The notes below the pieces were generated by a model, which searched no databases, had not been told where the DNA came from, and saw only the letters and a program-made list of their open reading frames with translations. A stretch of 64,000 nt of DNA from Scenedesmus sp. PABB004 (lineage: Eukaryota): the NCBI GenBank assembly GCA_014905635.1, contig JABVCE010000018.1, positions 620,001-684,000 on the forward strand. Reading direction: 5' to 3'. Numbering within the stretch: the stretch's first letter is position 1; every line of letters starts with the position of its first letter. Of this stretch, positions 37,638 through 49,427 are shown piece by piece. The position numbers and the translations under genes are program-made.

Positions 37638-39453
37638 ATGAAGCGCCTGGCGCTCGCCCTCGCGGTGTTGATGAGCGCAGGCGAGCCCTGGGCGGCCGCG
37701 CCGCGCGGCGGCAGCTCCCGCCCAGCTCCGGCGCCTGATCGGCCATCGCCCGCCGGCTGCGGGCCAAGTTTCGGTGTCGGGGACGCTCGTAGAGCGCGCT
37801 GGGATGCGGCCCAGGCGCCTGCGCGCTGCGCCGCGCGAGCGTCACCGCCGCCCGCCCGCCCGCCGCGCCCGCGCCTGCAGGCGCGGCCGCCGCGCAGCCG
37901 ATGAGCTGCATGTCCGGCGTGGCCTGCGCCGGCGGCTGCGCGCCGCTCGGCGGCGGCTGCGGCGCCGACGGCGGCTGCGTGAGCGCGGGCGTGCCGGTCG
38001 CGTGCTACGCGCCGATGATGGCCATGGCCATGCCGCCGCTGCTGCCCTTCCTCTGGCGGCCGTTTGCGCCGATGGCGCCGCTGCAGCCGATGGCGCCGAT
38101 GGCGCCGCTGGGCGACTGCGGCGGGCGCGGGCCGTGCGGCGCGGGCGAGTTCTGCGACGCGGCCGGCGTGTGCCGCGCCGACGACTGCGAGGCGCGCCAC
38201 CGGTTCGGCTGCCCCGGCGACGCGGGCGCGGCGCTGCAAAAGGTCGCGTGCCCGCGCAGCAGCGGGTTCAGCCGGTGCTTCGAGTCGAGCAGCGGCCGCT
38301 TCACGTGCTCCCGCGGCCCCGCCGGCACGACCATCACGTGCGCCGCGCTCGGCGCCGACGGCACTGGCAGCGTCTCGATGGGCGCCACCTACACCACCCA
38401 GGGCCCCGCCGGCGCCGTGGCGACGGGCAGCAGCGGCGTGGTCGTCACCCCGCCGGCGCAGCAGCCCGGCGCCGGCGCCGGCGCCGGCGCGAGCGCGGCG
38501 GCAGGCGCCGCGGCGCCCCGCGGCGCCGCGGTGCAGCCGGCGGCAGCCGAGGCGGAGGCGGTGTCCGGCGCCGCGCCGCGCGGCGGCGGCGCGGGCCGGG
38601 GCGCCACACCCACATTCATCACGGAGGGTGCGTGACGCGCCCGCGCGGCGCGCGCGCCCGCGCTGACCGCGCCCGCGCCCACCGCGCCGGCGCCCGCCGC
38701 CGCGCCCGCTCGCTGCTCACAGGCGCGGCGGGGCAGCAGGTGCTGGTCAGCCCCGACGGCCGCACCGTGACGGCGGTGGGGTCGGGCCCGGACGGCGTGG
38801 GCGTGACGAGCGTCGCGCCCGACGGCTCGGCCGTCGCGAGCGGCTCCGCGGCGGGCGACCAGCAGGTCGTGACGACGACGGCCCTGCCCGGCGGCGGCGC
38901 GAGCGTGACGTCGTCGTCCTTCTCCGGCGGCCCCGCGGGCGCCGTCGCGAGCGCGGGCGCTGGCGGCGGCGGCCAGCCGCTCTACACGCCGTTTGCCGGC
39001 GCGGCGCAGGCCGACGCGGCGCGGGTGAGCGGGCAGGCGGGGCGCTAGCGCGGGCGGGCGCGCGCGCGGGCGGGCGTGCACGCGGCAGCAGGGCACGTTT
39101 TCTGTGCACACAGCGAGAGACCAGGGACGGCGAGCGAGGGGGGAGGGCGCACTGCAGAGCTGCACGCCGGCCGGGTCGGTTTGGGGAGGGACTGCACACA
39201 ACACAACAGCGCACGCGCCCTCGCACGCACGCGCATGCTCTGCGGCACGCACGCGTACGCTGCGGCTGCCCTCACGCCCTGCCGCGCCGCCGACGCCGAC
39301 GCCCAGGCCGCGCGCATGACCGCCGGCGGTGGCGCGCCCCCGGCCGGCGCCGCGGCGGCCGCGGCGACCAGCGGCGCGGGCGCGCTGGCGCCGCGGCGCG
39401 CGTGGCTCGCGGCTGCGGGCGCCGCGGTGCTGGCGGCAGCGGCGGTGCTGTGA
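37638..39453 (+). CDS. Secreted Cys/Gly-rich protein with predicted GPI-anchor signal, 4 exons
   Basis: Exons 37638-37680, 37881-38627, 38723-39024, 39307-39453 join in frame. Signal peptide MKRLALALAVLMSAGAAAA, Cys-rich N-terminal half, C-terminus TSGAGALAPRRAWLAAAGAAVLAAAAVL*. Confidence 0.75.
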
Positions 39454-40088
39454 GATAGCTGGTGCGGGGGTTAAGGCTGAGGATTGAGTTGGCGTGCGGT
39501 TCCAGGTGGCGGGCGGGCGCGTGTGGCCGCGGGCCACGGGCGCGGGTTGCCGACCCGGCCGCCCGGCCGCGGCGTTGGTGGTGTTGTCGGTGGATCAGTG
39601 CGGCGAGCTGTGTGTCAGTCTGTTCAGGAACGTCTGGCGCCCTCGCCGGGGCTTTGCGCGCCGCAGAAGCCCGCCGACCGGTTGCCTGCCCGCAGCTGTG
39701 CGGCACGCAGCGCCCCCGCCGCCGCCGCAGCGCCACGACACGACCAGGCGCCAGCTCGCGCTAGCAGCCGCACCAAACCACTGCTTGCTCGGCCGCTGCC
39801 GCCGCCGCCGCCGCCGGCGCTGCTCGGCCGCCGCCGCCAGCCCCCCTGCGCCGCAGCGCGTTCGCCGCGCCGAGCGGCAGGCCGCCCGTGCCAGCGCGCG
39901 GCGCGGGCGGCAGCAGCCGTCTCGCGCGGCGCTGCCCTCGAGGCGGGCCGCCGTCGCCCGCCCCGGAGCAGGGCCGGCCCCGCGGCTCCGGCGAGCTCGT
40001 CACGGCCGAGCACGCGCCCGCAGCAACCACCCCGCGCGGCGCGGCGCCGCGGCAGGCCCGCGTGGCGCGGCGATAGGCCGCAGACACC

Positions 40089-41340
40089 ATGCCCAAGGTC
40101 ACGCGCAAGGAGGCGGCAGCGCCGCTGCAGGGGGTCGCGGCCATGGCGCTGGACGACGAGGCGCTGCCGGTGAAGCCCAACTTCAGCGCGCTGTCGGCGC
40201 AGGAGCAGCAGGGCGGCAAGGTCGAGTTCCGGCGGGTGCGCAGCAGCGGCCGCCTGGCGGCCGCCGCTGCTGCTGCTGCTGCGCGCCCCGCGCCGTCGTG
40301 GCAGCCGCCCGCGGCGCACCTGCCAGAACCCAGGCAGCGCCCCAGGCTCGGCGCGCCAGCACCCGGGCGCCGAGCCCGGCGGGGCGCCCCGCAGGCACCG
40401 CGCGCCGCGCCGCGCCGAGCCGCCGCCCGCGCGCCGCTCGCCGCCCGCAGGTGCCGGTGCCGCAGAACCGCATGACGCCGCTCAAGACGGCGTGGATGCA
40501 GCTCTACAGCCCCATCACGGAGAACCTGAAGCTCGACATGCGAATGAACCTGAAGACCAAAAAGGCGCGCTGTGCTCCAGGGGACGCTGCCTGCTCGGCT
40601 GGCCGAGCGCCCGCAGCCGCCAGCCGGGCCCGCGCGCGGGGCCGCGCGCCGCGCCGCCGCGGGGCCGCCGCGCGCCGGCTGACGCCGCGGGCGGGCCGCA
40701 GGTCGAGATCAAGACGACGCCGCAGACGGCCAGCCCGGACGTGCTGCAGAAGGCGGCCGACTTTGTGCACGCGTTCATCCTCGGTGCGCGCCTCCGCACA
40801 CCCGCAGCGGGCGGCGGGCGGCAGTGCGCAGGCCCGCGGCGGGCCGCCGCCGCTCACGCGCGGTGGCCGCCGCGCCGCGCGGCGCCGCGCGCAGGCTTTG
40901 AGGTGCGCGACGCGATCGCGCTGCTGCGGCTGGACGACCTGTACGTCGAGTGTTTCGAGGTGAAGGACGTCAAGACGCTGCGCGGCGAGCACCTCTCGCG
41001 CGCGATCGGCCGCCTCGCGGGCAAGGTGCGATGCGCGCGGGCGGCACGCGGGCGCGGCGCGGAACGGGGCGCACTCCGCGGCGCCGCGGCGCGGCCGCCG
41101 CGCACACGCGCCGCCCGCGCGCTGCTGCGCGCCTCCTCCGCAGGGCGGCAAGACCAAGTTTACGATTGAGAACGCGACCAAGACGCGCATCGTGCTCGCC
41201 GACACGCGCATCCACATACTCGGCTCGTTCGCCGCCATCCGCGCCGCGCGCGACGCGCTCTGCGCCCTCATCATGGGCTCGCCGCCGGGCAAGGTCTACA
41301 GCAAGCTGCGCAGCGTCTGCGCGCGCCTCAACGACAGCTA
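40089..41340 (+). CDS. PNO1: RNA-binding 40S biogenesis factor PNO1/Dim2, 5 exons
   Basis: [102 protein letters not shown]. Confidence 0.97.
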
Positions 41341-41793
41341 GCGCCGGGCCGCAGGGCGTGGCGCGGGTGAGCGAGTGAGCCGCGCGCGCGGCGGCGCGGC
41401 CCTGCCCGGGGGCCGGCGGCACCGGGGCCCGGTGCCCCCGCCCCCGCCGCCGCAGCGCGCCGCGCGGCTGCGGCCGCGGCCGCGGTGCGGCGCGCGATCG
41501 GGCGACCATCGTCGGCTGGGCAGCGCGCCGCGAGCGCGATGGTCCGGCGTGCTAAGCGGGGGTGTGTGCAAAGCCGCCTCACTGCGAGTGCCGCGCCGTG
41601 GGCCCAAAAGCGACCGGCGGCCGCCGCCGCTGGTGAAAAGGCCGCCCCACCTTTTCATCCGGCCAGCACATCGTCCAGCACCGCGCACTGGCAGCTGCAC
41701 GCCACGTCGCTCGCGCCCGCGGCCAGACAGAGCTCCACACACCGGCGTCTGCTGCTGCTAGAGGTACTCGTCGCCCTCCCGCCCGCGCCAGCC

Positions 41794-44700
41794 ATGGCAC
41801 CGACGCCGCTGGAGGTCCTGGAGGTCTGCTCGGCGCAGCTGGGCGGCCTGCCGCCCGCGCAGCAGGGCGCGCTGCTCGGGCTCGTCGCGCTGCTGGCCCT
41901 CCTGGTCCTCCTGATGCCGGCCCGGAAGCCGCGCGTGCACATCGTCGACTTTGCGGTGCACTGCCACGATCCCAGGTGCGCGCGCGGGCCGGCACACGGC
42001 TCGCATGCCGCCCCGACACGGGCCGCGCGGGCGGCCCGCCGGCCGCCGGTTGGGCGCGCGGTCGGTCCCAGCCTGGCAGTGCTGCCGCTCGACAGCAACA
42101 GCGCCGCGCCGCGGCGCGGTCACCGGTACCGGCCGCTGCTGCGCCGCCGCGGACCGCCCGCGCTGGCTGTGGCGTGCGTGCCCGCCGCCCCGGCTGACGC
42201 CGACGTCGCTGCTCCCGCCTCCCTCCTCCCTTTCGGCGCTGCGGCGCGCAGCTGGCGCTTCCCGCGGGCCGCGATCCGGCCGCTTGCGGAGCGCAACGGC
42301 CGCATCCTGCCGGAGCACATTGATTTCATGGAGAAGATCGCGTTCCGCACGGGCCTCGGCGACGACACCGCCGTCACGCCCGTCATCCTGGCCGGCGACG
42401 AGTCGGCGGGCGGCGTCGAGGCCGCGCGCGCCGAGTTTGCGGCGACCTGCTACAGCGCGATCGCCGACCTGCTGGCCAAGACGGGCGTGGAGGCCAAGGA
42501 CGTCGGCTTTGTCATCACCAACAGCAGCCTGTTCAACCCCACGCCCAGCCTGAGCGCGGCGATCATGAACCGCTTCAAAATGGGCCCCCGCGCGCGCGGC
42601 TACTCCCTCGGCGGCATGGGCTGCAGCGCGGGCGTGATTGCGCTCGACTTGGCGCGTGAGATGCTGGAGCTCTACCCCAACAGCTACGCACTCGTGGTGC
42701 GGAATAGGCGGGGGCAGGGGCGGGGGCGCCGCGGCCGCGCACCGCGCCGGTCGCCGGCACCGCGGCCGCGCACCGCGCTGAGCGCTGAGCGCTCACCGCG
42801 CCCGCGCGCGGCCGCGCAGGTGAGTCACGAGAACATCACCAACGCCTTTTACGTCGGCCGCGACCCGAGCATGCTGCTCGCAAACTGCCTCTTCCGCGCC
42901 AACGGCTCCGCCGTGCTGCTGAGCAACCGCCGCGCCGACGCGGCCCGCGCGAAGTATCGCGTCGCGCACGTCGTGAGGTGGGGCCGCGCGGCGGCGCCCG
43001 GCGGCGGCCGCGAGCGCTGCCGCGGCGCGGGCAGTGCGCGTGCCGACGCGCGCGCGCGCGCGCGTGCCGACGCGCGGCGCCGCGCTGCCGCCTTGCAGGA
43101 CCAACCTCGCGGCCGACGACGTCGCGTACGGGTGCGTGCAGCAGACGCAGGATGAGGATGGCGTCATGGGCGTGCGGCTCAACAAGGACATCGTCGCGGT
43201 GCGCACCACAGCGGGGGCTGGGATGGGAGGCTGGGAGGAGGGGAGGGGCAGAGGCGGGGTGCGGTGAGAGGAGGCGCCGCACGGCGGCCCGTGCCTCGCA
43301 GGCCGCCGACGCCGCCGCTGCGGCCGCCGCCGCGGGCGCAGGTCGGCACGCGCGCGCTGCGCGACAACATGACCGCGCTGGGCCCGCTCGTGCTGCCGGT
43401 CGCGGAGCAGCTCAAGTTTGCGGGTGCGCGCCGCGCGCACGCAGCACGCCGCGCGGCGTGGCGGCCTCCTCGCGCCCGGCCCGGCCCTCGCGCCCGCGCG
43501 CTCACCCCCCCCCCTCCCTCGCCCCCCTCGCGACCCGCAGGCAACTTTGCGCTGCGCCGCGCCGCGCGCAGCCTCGCGCCGCTCAAGTCCGCGCTGCCGG
43601 CGGGGTGGCTCGCGCCATACACACCCAACTTCAAGCGCGCATTCGACTTTTTCTGGTGCGGACGCGGCACTACGCGCCACGCCGCACACAGCATGGCGCA
43701 GCGCAGCGCCCTCCCCGCCGCCGCCCGCGAGCCCACGCCGCTCGCCGCCGCGGCGCTGCGCCCCCGCCGCACAGCATCCACACCGGCGGGCGCGGCATCA
43801 TCGACGGCCTCGAGAAGGAGCTCGCCCTCTCGCGGCCCCAGGTCGAGCCCAGCCGCGCGAGCCTCTACCGCTTCGGCAACACCAGCTCCACCAGGTGCGG
43901 CGCGCGCCGCGTCACGCCTGCTGCCGCCGCGCTCGCTGCGCAGCGAGCGGCGGCATTCCGCCGCGGCGCGCCGCCGGCCGCGCCGCCGGCCGCCGCCCTC
44001 GCGCCGCGCGCCCGCCCACGCGCCCGCCGCCCGCCCCTGCGCCTGCCCGCCCGCCTGTGTGCGCAGCGTGTGGTACGAGCTGGCCTACATCGAGACCTTC
44101 CAGGGCGTGTCGCGCGGGCAGCGCGTGTGGCAGCTCGCGTTCGGCTCGGGTGCGCGCCCGCGCGCCGCCGCGCCCGCGCGCCGCGGGCAGTCGGACGGCC
44201 GCCGCGCCGCGGCCGCAGCGGGCGCCGCGCGGCCGGGGGCTGACCGTGTCCCGTGTGCCCCGTGTGCCCCGCCAGGCTTCAAGTTCAACTCCAGCGTCCT
44301 CGTTGCCACGCGCCGCGTCAAGGAGGCGCACGCGGTGAGCCGGCCGCGCCGCGCCGCCGCGCAGCCGCCGCCGCAGCCGCCGCCGCCCCGAGCGCGCGCG
44401 CTTGGGCACGCTCCTGCTCGCGCGCGCTCCTGCTCACGCGCGCCGCGCGCCCCGTGCTCGCCGCGCCGCCAGGCGTGGGAGGGCTTTGACAAGGCGGCGA
44501 TGTGGGAGGAGCTGGACAGGCTGGAGGCGTCGGCGCGCGCCGCGCGCGAGGCCAAGGCGCGCAGGCTCGCCGCGGCCGCGGCGGCCGAGGCCGGCGGCGG
44601 CGTGGAGCCGGTCAAGGCCGAGCCGGCGCCCGCTGCGGCCGACGCGGACGACGTGGCGGCGCGCGCCGCCGACCAGGGCGGCCCCGCGCGCAGCGTGTCG

Positions 44701-44976
44701 TTCGCGGCGGCGCCCGAGGCGCCGTCTGCGTTTGCGAGCGCCGGCCGCATCGCGGCGGGCATCCCCGACGCGCTGCCGGCCCGCGGCGGCGACCAGGCGG
44801 CGCCGCTGCGCAGCCTGCGCAGCGGCAGCAGCCTGCGGCGCATGCCCAGCGTGAGCGCGCGCAACAGCCTTATCGCCGTCGGGTCGGGCGCGGTGCCCGC
44901 GGCCGACGCGCCCCACCTGGAGGCGGACGTGGAGGTGGAGGTGCCGGACGCCATCCAGGAGGAGCGCGCGCAGTGA
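41794..44976 (+). CDS. KCS: 3-ketoacyl-CoA synthase (FAE1/KCS VLCFA condensing enzyme), 10 exons
   Basis: [103 protein letters not shown]. All nine donors are GT. Confidence 0.95.
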
Positions 44977-45529
44977 GGGCGGCGGGCGGCGCGGGGCGGG
45001 GCGAGGGCGAGGGCGGCGCGGCGGCGCCCGTTGGCGCAGCACGCGAAGAGTTTGTTTGAGGTTGGTCCGGGTCGGCACACCGAACTGCCGGCCGAGGGGC
45101 CTGCACGTGCACGCGGGGAGCCCGCATGCGCGGTTGTCATCTACGATGAATGGCCGACCATTTCTTTTGACGTCATGGATTCACGGCCGCACCGGCCGCC
45201 GCGCTGCGGCCGCCGCGCTGCACGCCACGAGCCTGTGTACATGCCCCGCACTCGCAGCACTGCTGCTGCGCCGACTCGGACCATGGATGGATGGGCGGGC
45301 GCTGTCCCTGCCGGCACTGCCGCTGGCGGCCGAGGCCTCGGCCCTATGGATTGTGTCTGACCGCGCGGCGGCGCCGCACGGGCCGGCCCTCGGCCGCGTT
45401 GCAATGCCTCCGCCGTGCTCCGCCAAGAGCCACGTCACCCCCAGGCCGGCAGCCGCGCCAGCCAAGCCGGGTCTCGCTCGTCCGCCCACCCGCATCCCTC
45501 CGCCCTGACCGCTGCGCCATTCCCTGCAG

Positions 45530-46259
45530 TCAGTTGTAGAGCCCCGCGCCCATGGCGCGCCAGTCAAACGCGATCGGCGCGGCCAGCAGGTGGTCGGGGA
45601 TGCCAAACGCCTCGACCAGCGCGAGCGCGGGTGCGGCCTTGCCGCCGCAGCCGAGCGCGCGGCAGAGGGCGTTGACGTGCTGCCGCAGCGCCGCCGCGTC
45701 GGCGCCGTCGAGCGTGCCCGCCGCGAGGTGGAGCGACAGGCGGCGCTCGACGCGCGTCGCGCCGTAGAGGCTCGCCAGCGCGGCCAGGCCGGGCGCCGCG
45801 GACGGCGGCGCCGCGGACGCCGCGTCGGTCAGGTAGCCCAGCAGCTTGCCCTCCACGTGCGCCCACGCGGCGTCGACCACGAGGTCCAGGTTTGACTCAA
45901 ACGCCGCCGCCGCCGCGGCCGCCGCGGCGCCGCGGCCGCCGCCGGGCGCCGGCCCCGTGGCCGCGGCCGCCGCGGCCGCCGCCGCGTCGCGCAGCTCCAC
46001 GAGCAGCCCCGCCTCGGCGGCCCGCAGCAGCTCGGCGAGCGCGGGCGCCGCGACGCCGCCGGGGCCCGCGAGGCGCACGCGCTGCGCCGGCCCGGGGCGC
46101 GCGAGGCGCTGCGTGGCGGGGTCGTCGAGCAGCGCACGCGTGACCTGCTGCATGAGCACCGTGTTGTCGCCCTCAAACGTGACGTCCACGTCCATGTCGG
46201 TGCGCAGCGGGCCGATGCGGTTTGCGGCGAGGAAGCCCATGCCGCCGCAGCACTCGCTG

Positions 46260-46293
<34 letters not shown>

Positions 46294-46306
46294 GAAGGGT
46301 GCACGG

Positions 46307-46353
<47 letters not shown>

Positions 46354-49195
46354 TGCAAGAGAGAGAGAGAGTGTGTGTGTGCGTGCGTGTGCGAGCGGCG
46401 GCGGCGGGTGCGCGCGCGCGCACCGGCACGCCTGCAGCACCTCCACGCGCGTCCAGGTCGCCGCGGCCTTGAGGCCGCTCGAGAGCACGTGCACCAGCTT
46501 GGCGTCGGGGCGCGCCGTGTCAAACGCAGCGACCTGCCGTTGACGGGGGCGCGCGCGCGGCGCGGGGCGGCGGTCAATCGCCGCTGGCCCTTGCCTGCCC
46601 CTTGCCCGCCGCCGCGCACGCCCGCCCGCCCGCGTCCCTCTGCACCCCCTCCCCTCCTCCCCAGCGCCCCGCCGCCCCCTCCCCAGCGCCCCCCTGGCCG
46701 CGCCTTGACCGCCTTCATGCCCAGCTGCAGCGCGTACGTCGCGGCCAGGCCCGGCAGCAGGCGGCGCTGGTGGGTGAGGTAGTCGAGGATGGGCTTGCCC
46801 CCAAACTGGGGCCGGTCCGCGCCGTAGCGCAGCGCGACGGCCAGGCCGATCATGCACCCGGTGACCGCCGCCTGGCCGATGAGGATCCTGCAAGGGCACA
46901 CACACACACACACACACACAGCGGGAGAGCGCGGGCTGGGCGAGGCTGGGGCGAGGCTGCGCCGCGCGCGACGGGCGGTGCGCGGCGCGCTGCGCGCGCG
47001 GCGCGGCGGCGCGGATGCCCGGTCGCGCGCGCACCGCCCGGTGGTGAGGCCGGAGACCATCGCGCCGAAGCGCGCGCTCACGGTCGGGATGGGGCTGCTG
47101 TACCGCCCCGCCGCGTCGACCGACGCAAACCTGGGCGCCGCGGGGGCGGCGGGTGCGGCGGGTGCGGCGGGCGCGGCGGCGCTCGGCCGCGCGTGCGCGC
47201 GCGTCGGCGCGGGTCGCGTGCGCGAGCAGCAGCAGCCCCGCCGCGCGCGCGGCGCGGTCGGCAGCGGCCCCTCGCGCGGCGCTCACTTGTCGAGCAGTGC
47301 GTCGCGGGCGACGCGCACGCCGTCAAACCAGATCTGCCCGTTGTCCACGCCATTGAGGCCCATCTTGGGGCCGTGGTCCTTGATGCGCACGCCTGGGCGG
47401 CGGCAGAGGGGCGGCGGCAGGGGGGCGGGGGCAGGGGGGCGGGCGGGGCGGCGGGCAGGGCGGCGGTGCGCGAGCGCGTGTGGGCCGGGAGGGAGGGGCA
47501 CACGGGGTGAGCGCCACGCGGCGGCGGCGGCGCGCTGGCCGCCCCGCCCCGCCGCGCCCCGCCACGCGGGCCGCCCTGCCCGCGTGTGCGCGGCGCGCAC
47601 CGGGCGTGATGCGCCCCGCGTCGTCGCGGATTCGGACCATGAACACGTGGGGGCCCTGCCAGGTCCCGTCGACCGTGAGCTGCGCAAACACCGCACACAG
47701 CTGCGGACGCGGCGGACGCGGACGCGGCGGACGCGGCGGCGGTGGACGCGCGTCGGCGCCACGCGCGCCGCGCGGCCGCGTCGGCTCCGCGGCTCGGCGG
47801 CGTCCGCGCCGCGGCGCGCCGCACCTTGCCGTGCTGGCCGCTGCCGCCGATCCAGTACTTGCTCGCCTCGTTGCAGGGCGTGGTGATCACAAACTCGCCG
47901 GCCGCCGCATCATACACAGCCTGCACGGCCGCGGCGGCAGGAGATGGCGGGGCAGAGGAGGGAGGGCGCGGCGCAGCGGGGCGTGGGGGGCGACCGCGGA
48001 TGGGCAGCAGCACACGCGCGGCGCGGGGGCGCCGCGCGGCGGGCGCGGGGCGCGCTGTCGCCGTTGCCGGCGCCGGGGCGCGCGGCGGACCGGGGCGCAC
48101 CGTGGTTTCGATGCCCATCACGTTGCTGCCGTGCCCCAGCTCCGTCATGCCGTAGCAGCCGGGCAGGTCCAGCCGGTTCATGCTGCGGGCAGGGCGCCAG
48201 GGGCGGCGGCGGGGCGGCGGCGGGGGCGTCGGCGGACAGGTCGGGCTGTGCCGGCGCGCCGCCGGCCGCGCGGGCGCCGCTGCTGCGCCGCCGGGCCGCC
48301 GCGGCCGCGGGAGCTCCTGCGGCGCCGCGGGGGCGCACCGGTCGAGGTAGGCGTCGTGGTGCTTCTGCGTGCCGAGCTTGCAGATGGTGCCGCCGCAGAG
48401 CGTGAAGTGCACGCCCGCCTGCGGCACGCGGCGCGGCGGCCGCGTCAGCCCCTGGCACCCCGCGCGGCGCCCGCTGGCTGCGCCCGCTGGCGGCGCCCGC
48501 TGGCTGCGCCCGCTGGCGGCGCCCGCTGGCGGCGCCCGCTGGCGGCGCCCGCTGGCTGCAGCGCGCCTTGATGGCCATGGAGTAGTCGCAGAAGCTCAGG
48601 CTCTCCAGCAGCGCCATGAAGCGCCGCGGGTCTGCGCCGGGCGGCCGCAGGCGCGCGCGCGCGCGGGCTCGGCGGCAGGCGCGTCGCGCGCGGCAGGCGC
48701 GGCACGGCGGGCGGCAGCGCGGCGGCGGCGCGGCAGGCGGCAGCGCGGCGCGGGCGCAGGGGCGGGGCGCACCCTTGAGGTAGTCGCGCACGTCAAAGGT
48801 GCGGCCGCCAAAGGGCGTCGCCACGAAGCGCTGCAGGCGCTGCAGCGTCTGCTCCCGGAACTCCATGAGGCTGAGGTAGTGGTTGGGCTTGAACAGGTCG
48901 CCCTGGCGCGCCGCGCGGCAGGGAGGCGGCGCGTCGGCAGCAGCGGCCGGCGGGCGGCGGCGGCCGCGCGCCCGCCGCCGGGCGCCGCGGCGCGTCAGGA
49001 TCGCGCCCGGCGCCGCACCTTGAGGAACTCGAACACCTCGGCGCGCAGCGCGCCGTTGTCGTGCACGAGCAGCGCGCCCAGGGCGCGCGGGCAGAGGCCG
49101 GCCAGCTCGCCCGCCGCGCCCGGGCCGGAGCTCTGCGCGGCGCAGAGCTGGCGCTCCAGCACGCCCAGCCGGGAGCGGCTGGCGCTGGCGTCCAT
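45530..49195 (-). CDS. ACX: Peroxisomal acyl-CoA oxidase with PTS2, 12 exons
   Basis: [12 protein letters not shown]2; [93 protein letters not shown] donors at 48566 and 46703. Confidence 0.96.
46260..46390. repeat. Compound poly-G / (GA)n / (GT)n tract in the last ACX intron
   Basis: About 32 G, then (GC)n, (GA)n and (GT)n runs. Confidence 0.85.
48466..48560. repeat. 13-bp minisatellite (GCCCGCTGGCKGC) x~7 in ACX intron 3
   Basis: Tandem array with two unit variants. Confidence 0.85.
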
Positions 49196-49427
49196 GGCTG
49201 CTGCGCGCCGGCGAGTGCACGGCAACGTGACTGTCGGGAGAGCGGCCGCGGCGGGCGGGGGAGGCCGCGACGGATGCGCGGCGGGCTGGCGACGAGTGCG
49301 GGGGTGCCAGGGGCTGCTGCTGGGGCGTGTGGGGCGTTGCGGCGGAGCGCGTCGCGCCGTGCGCCGCAGGCGTCAGCAACAGACGCAGAGCTGGCACGAG
49401 CACCGAGCCAGCCGTCACGCGCACAGT

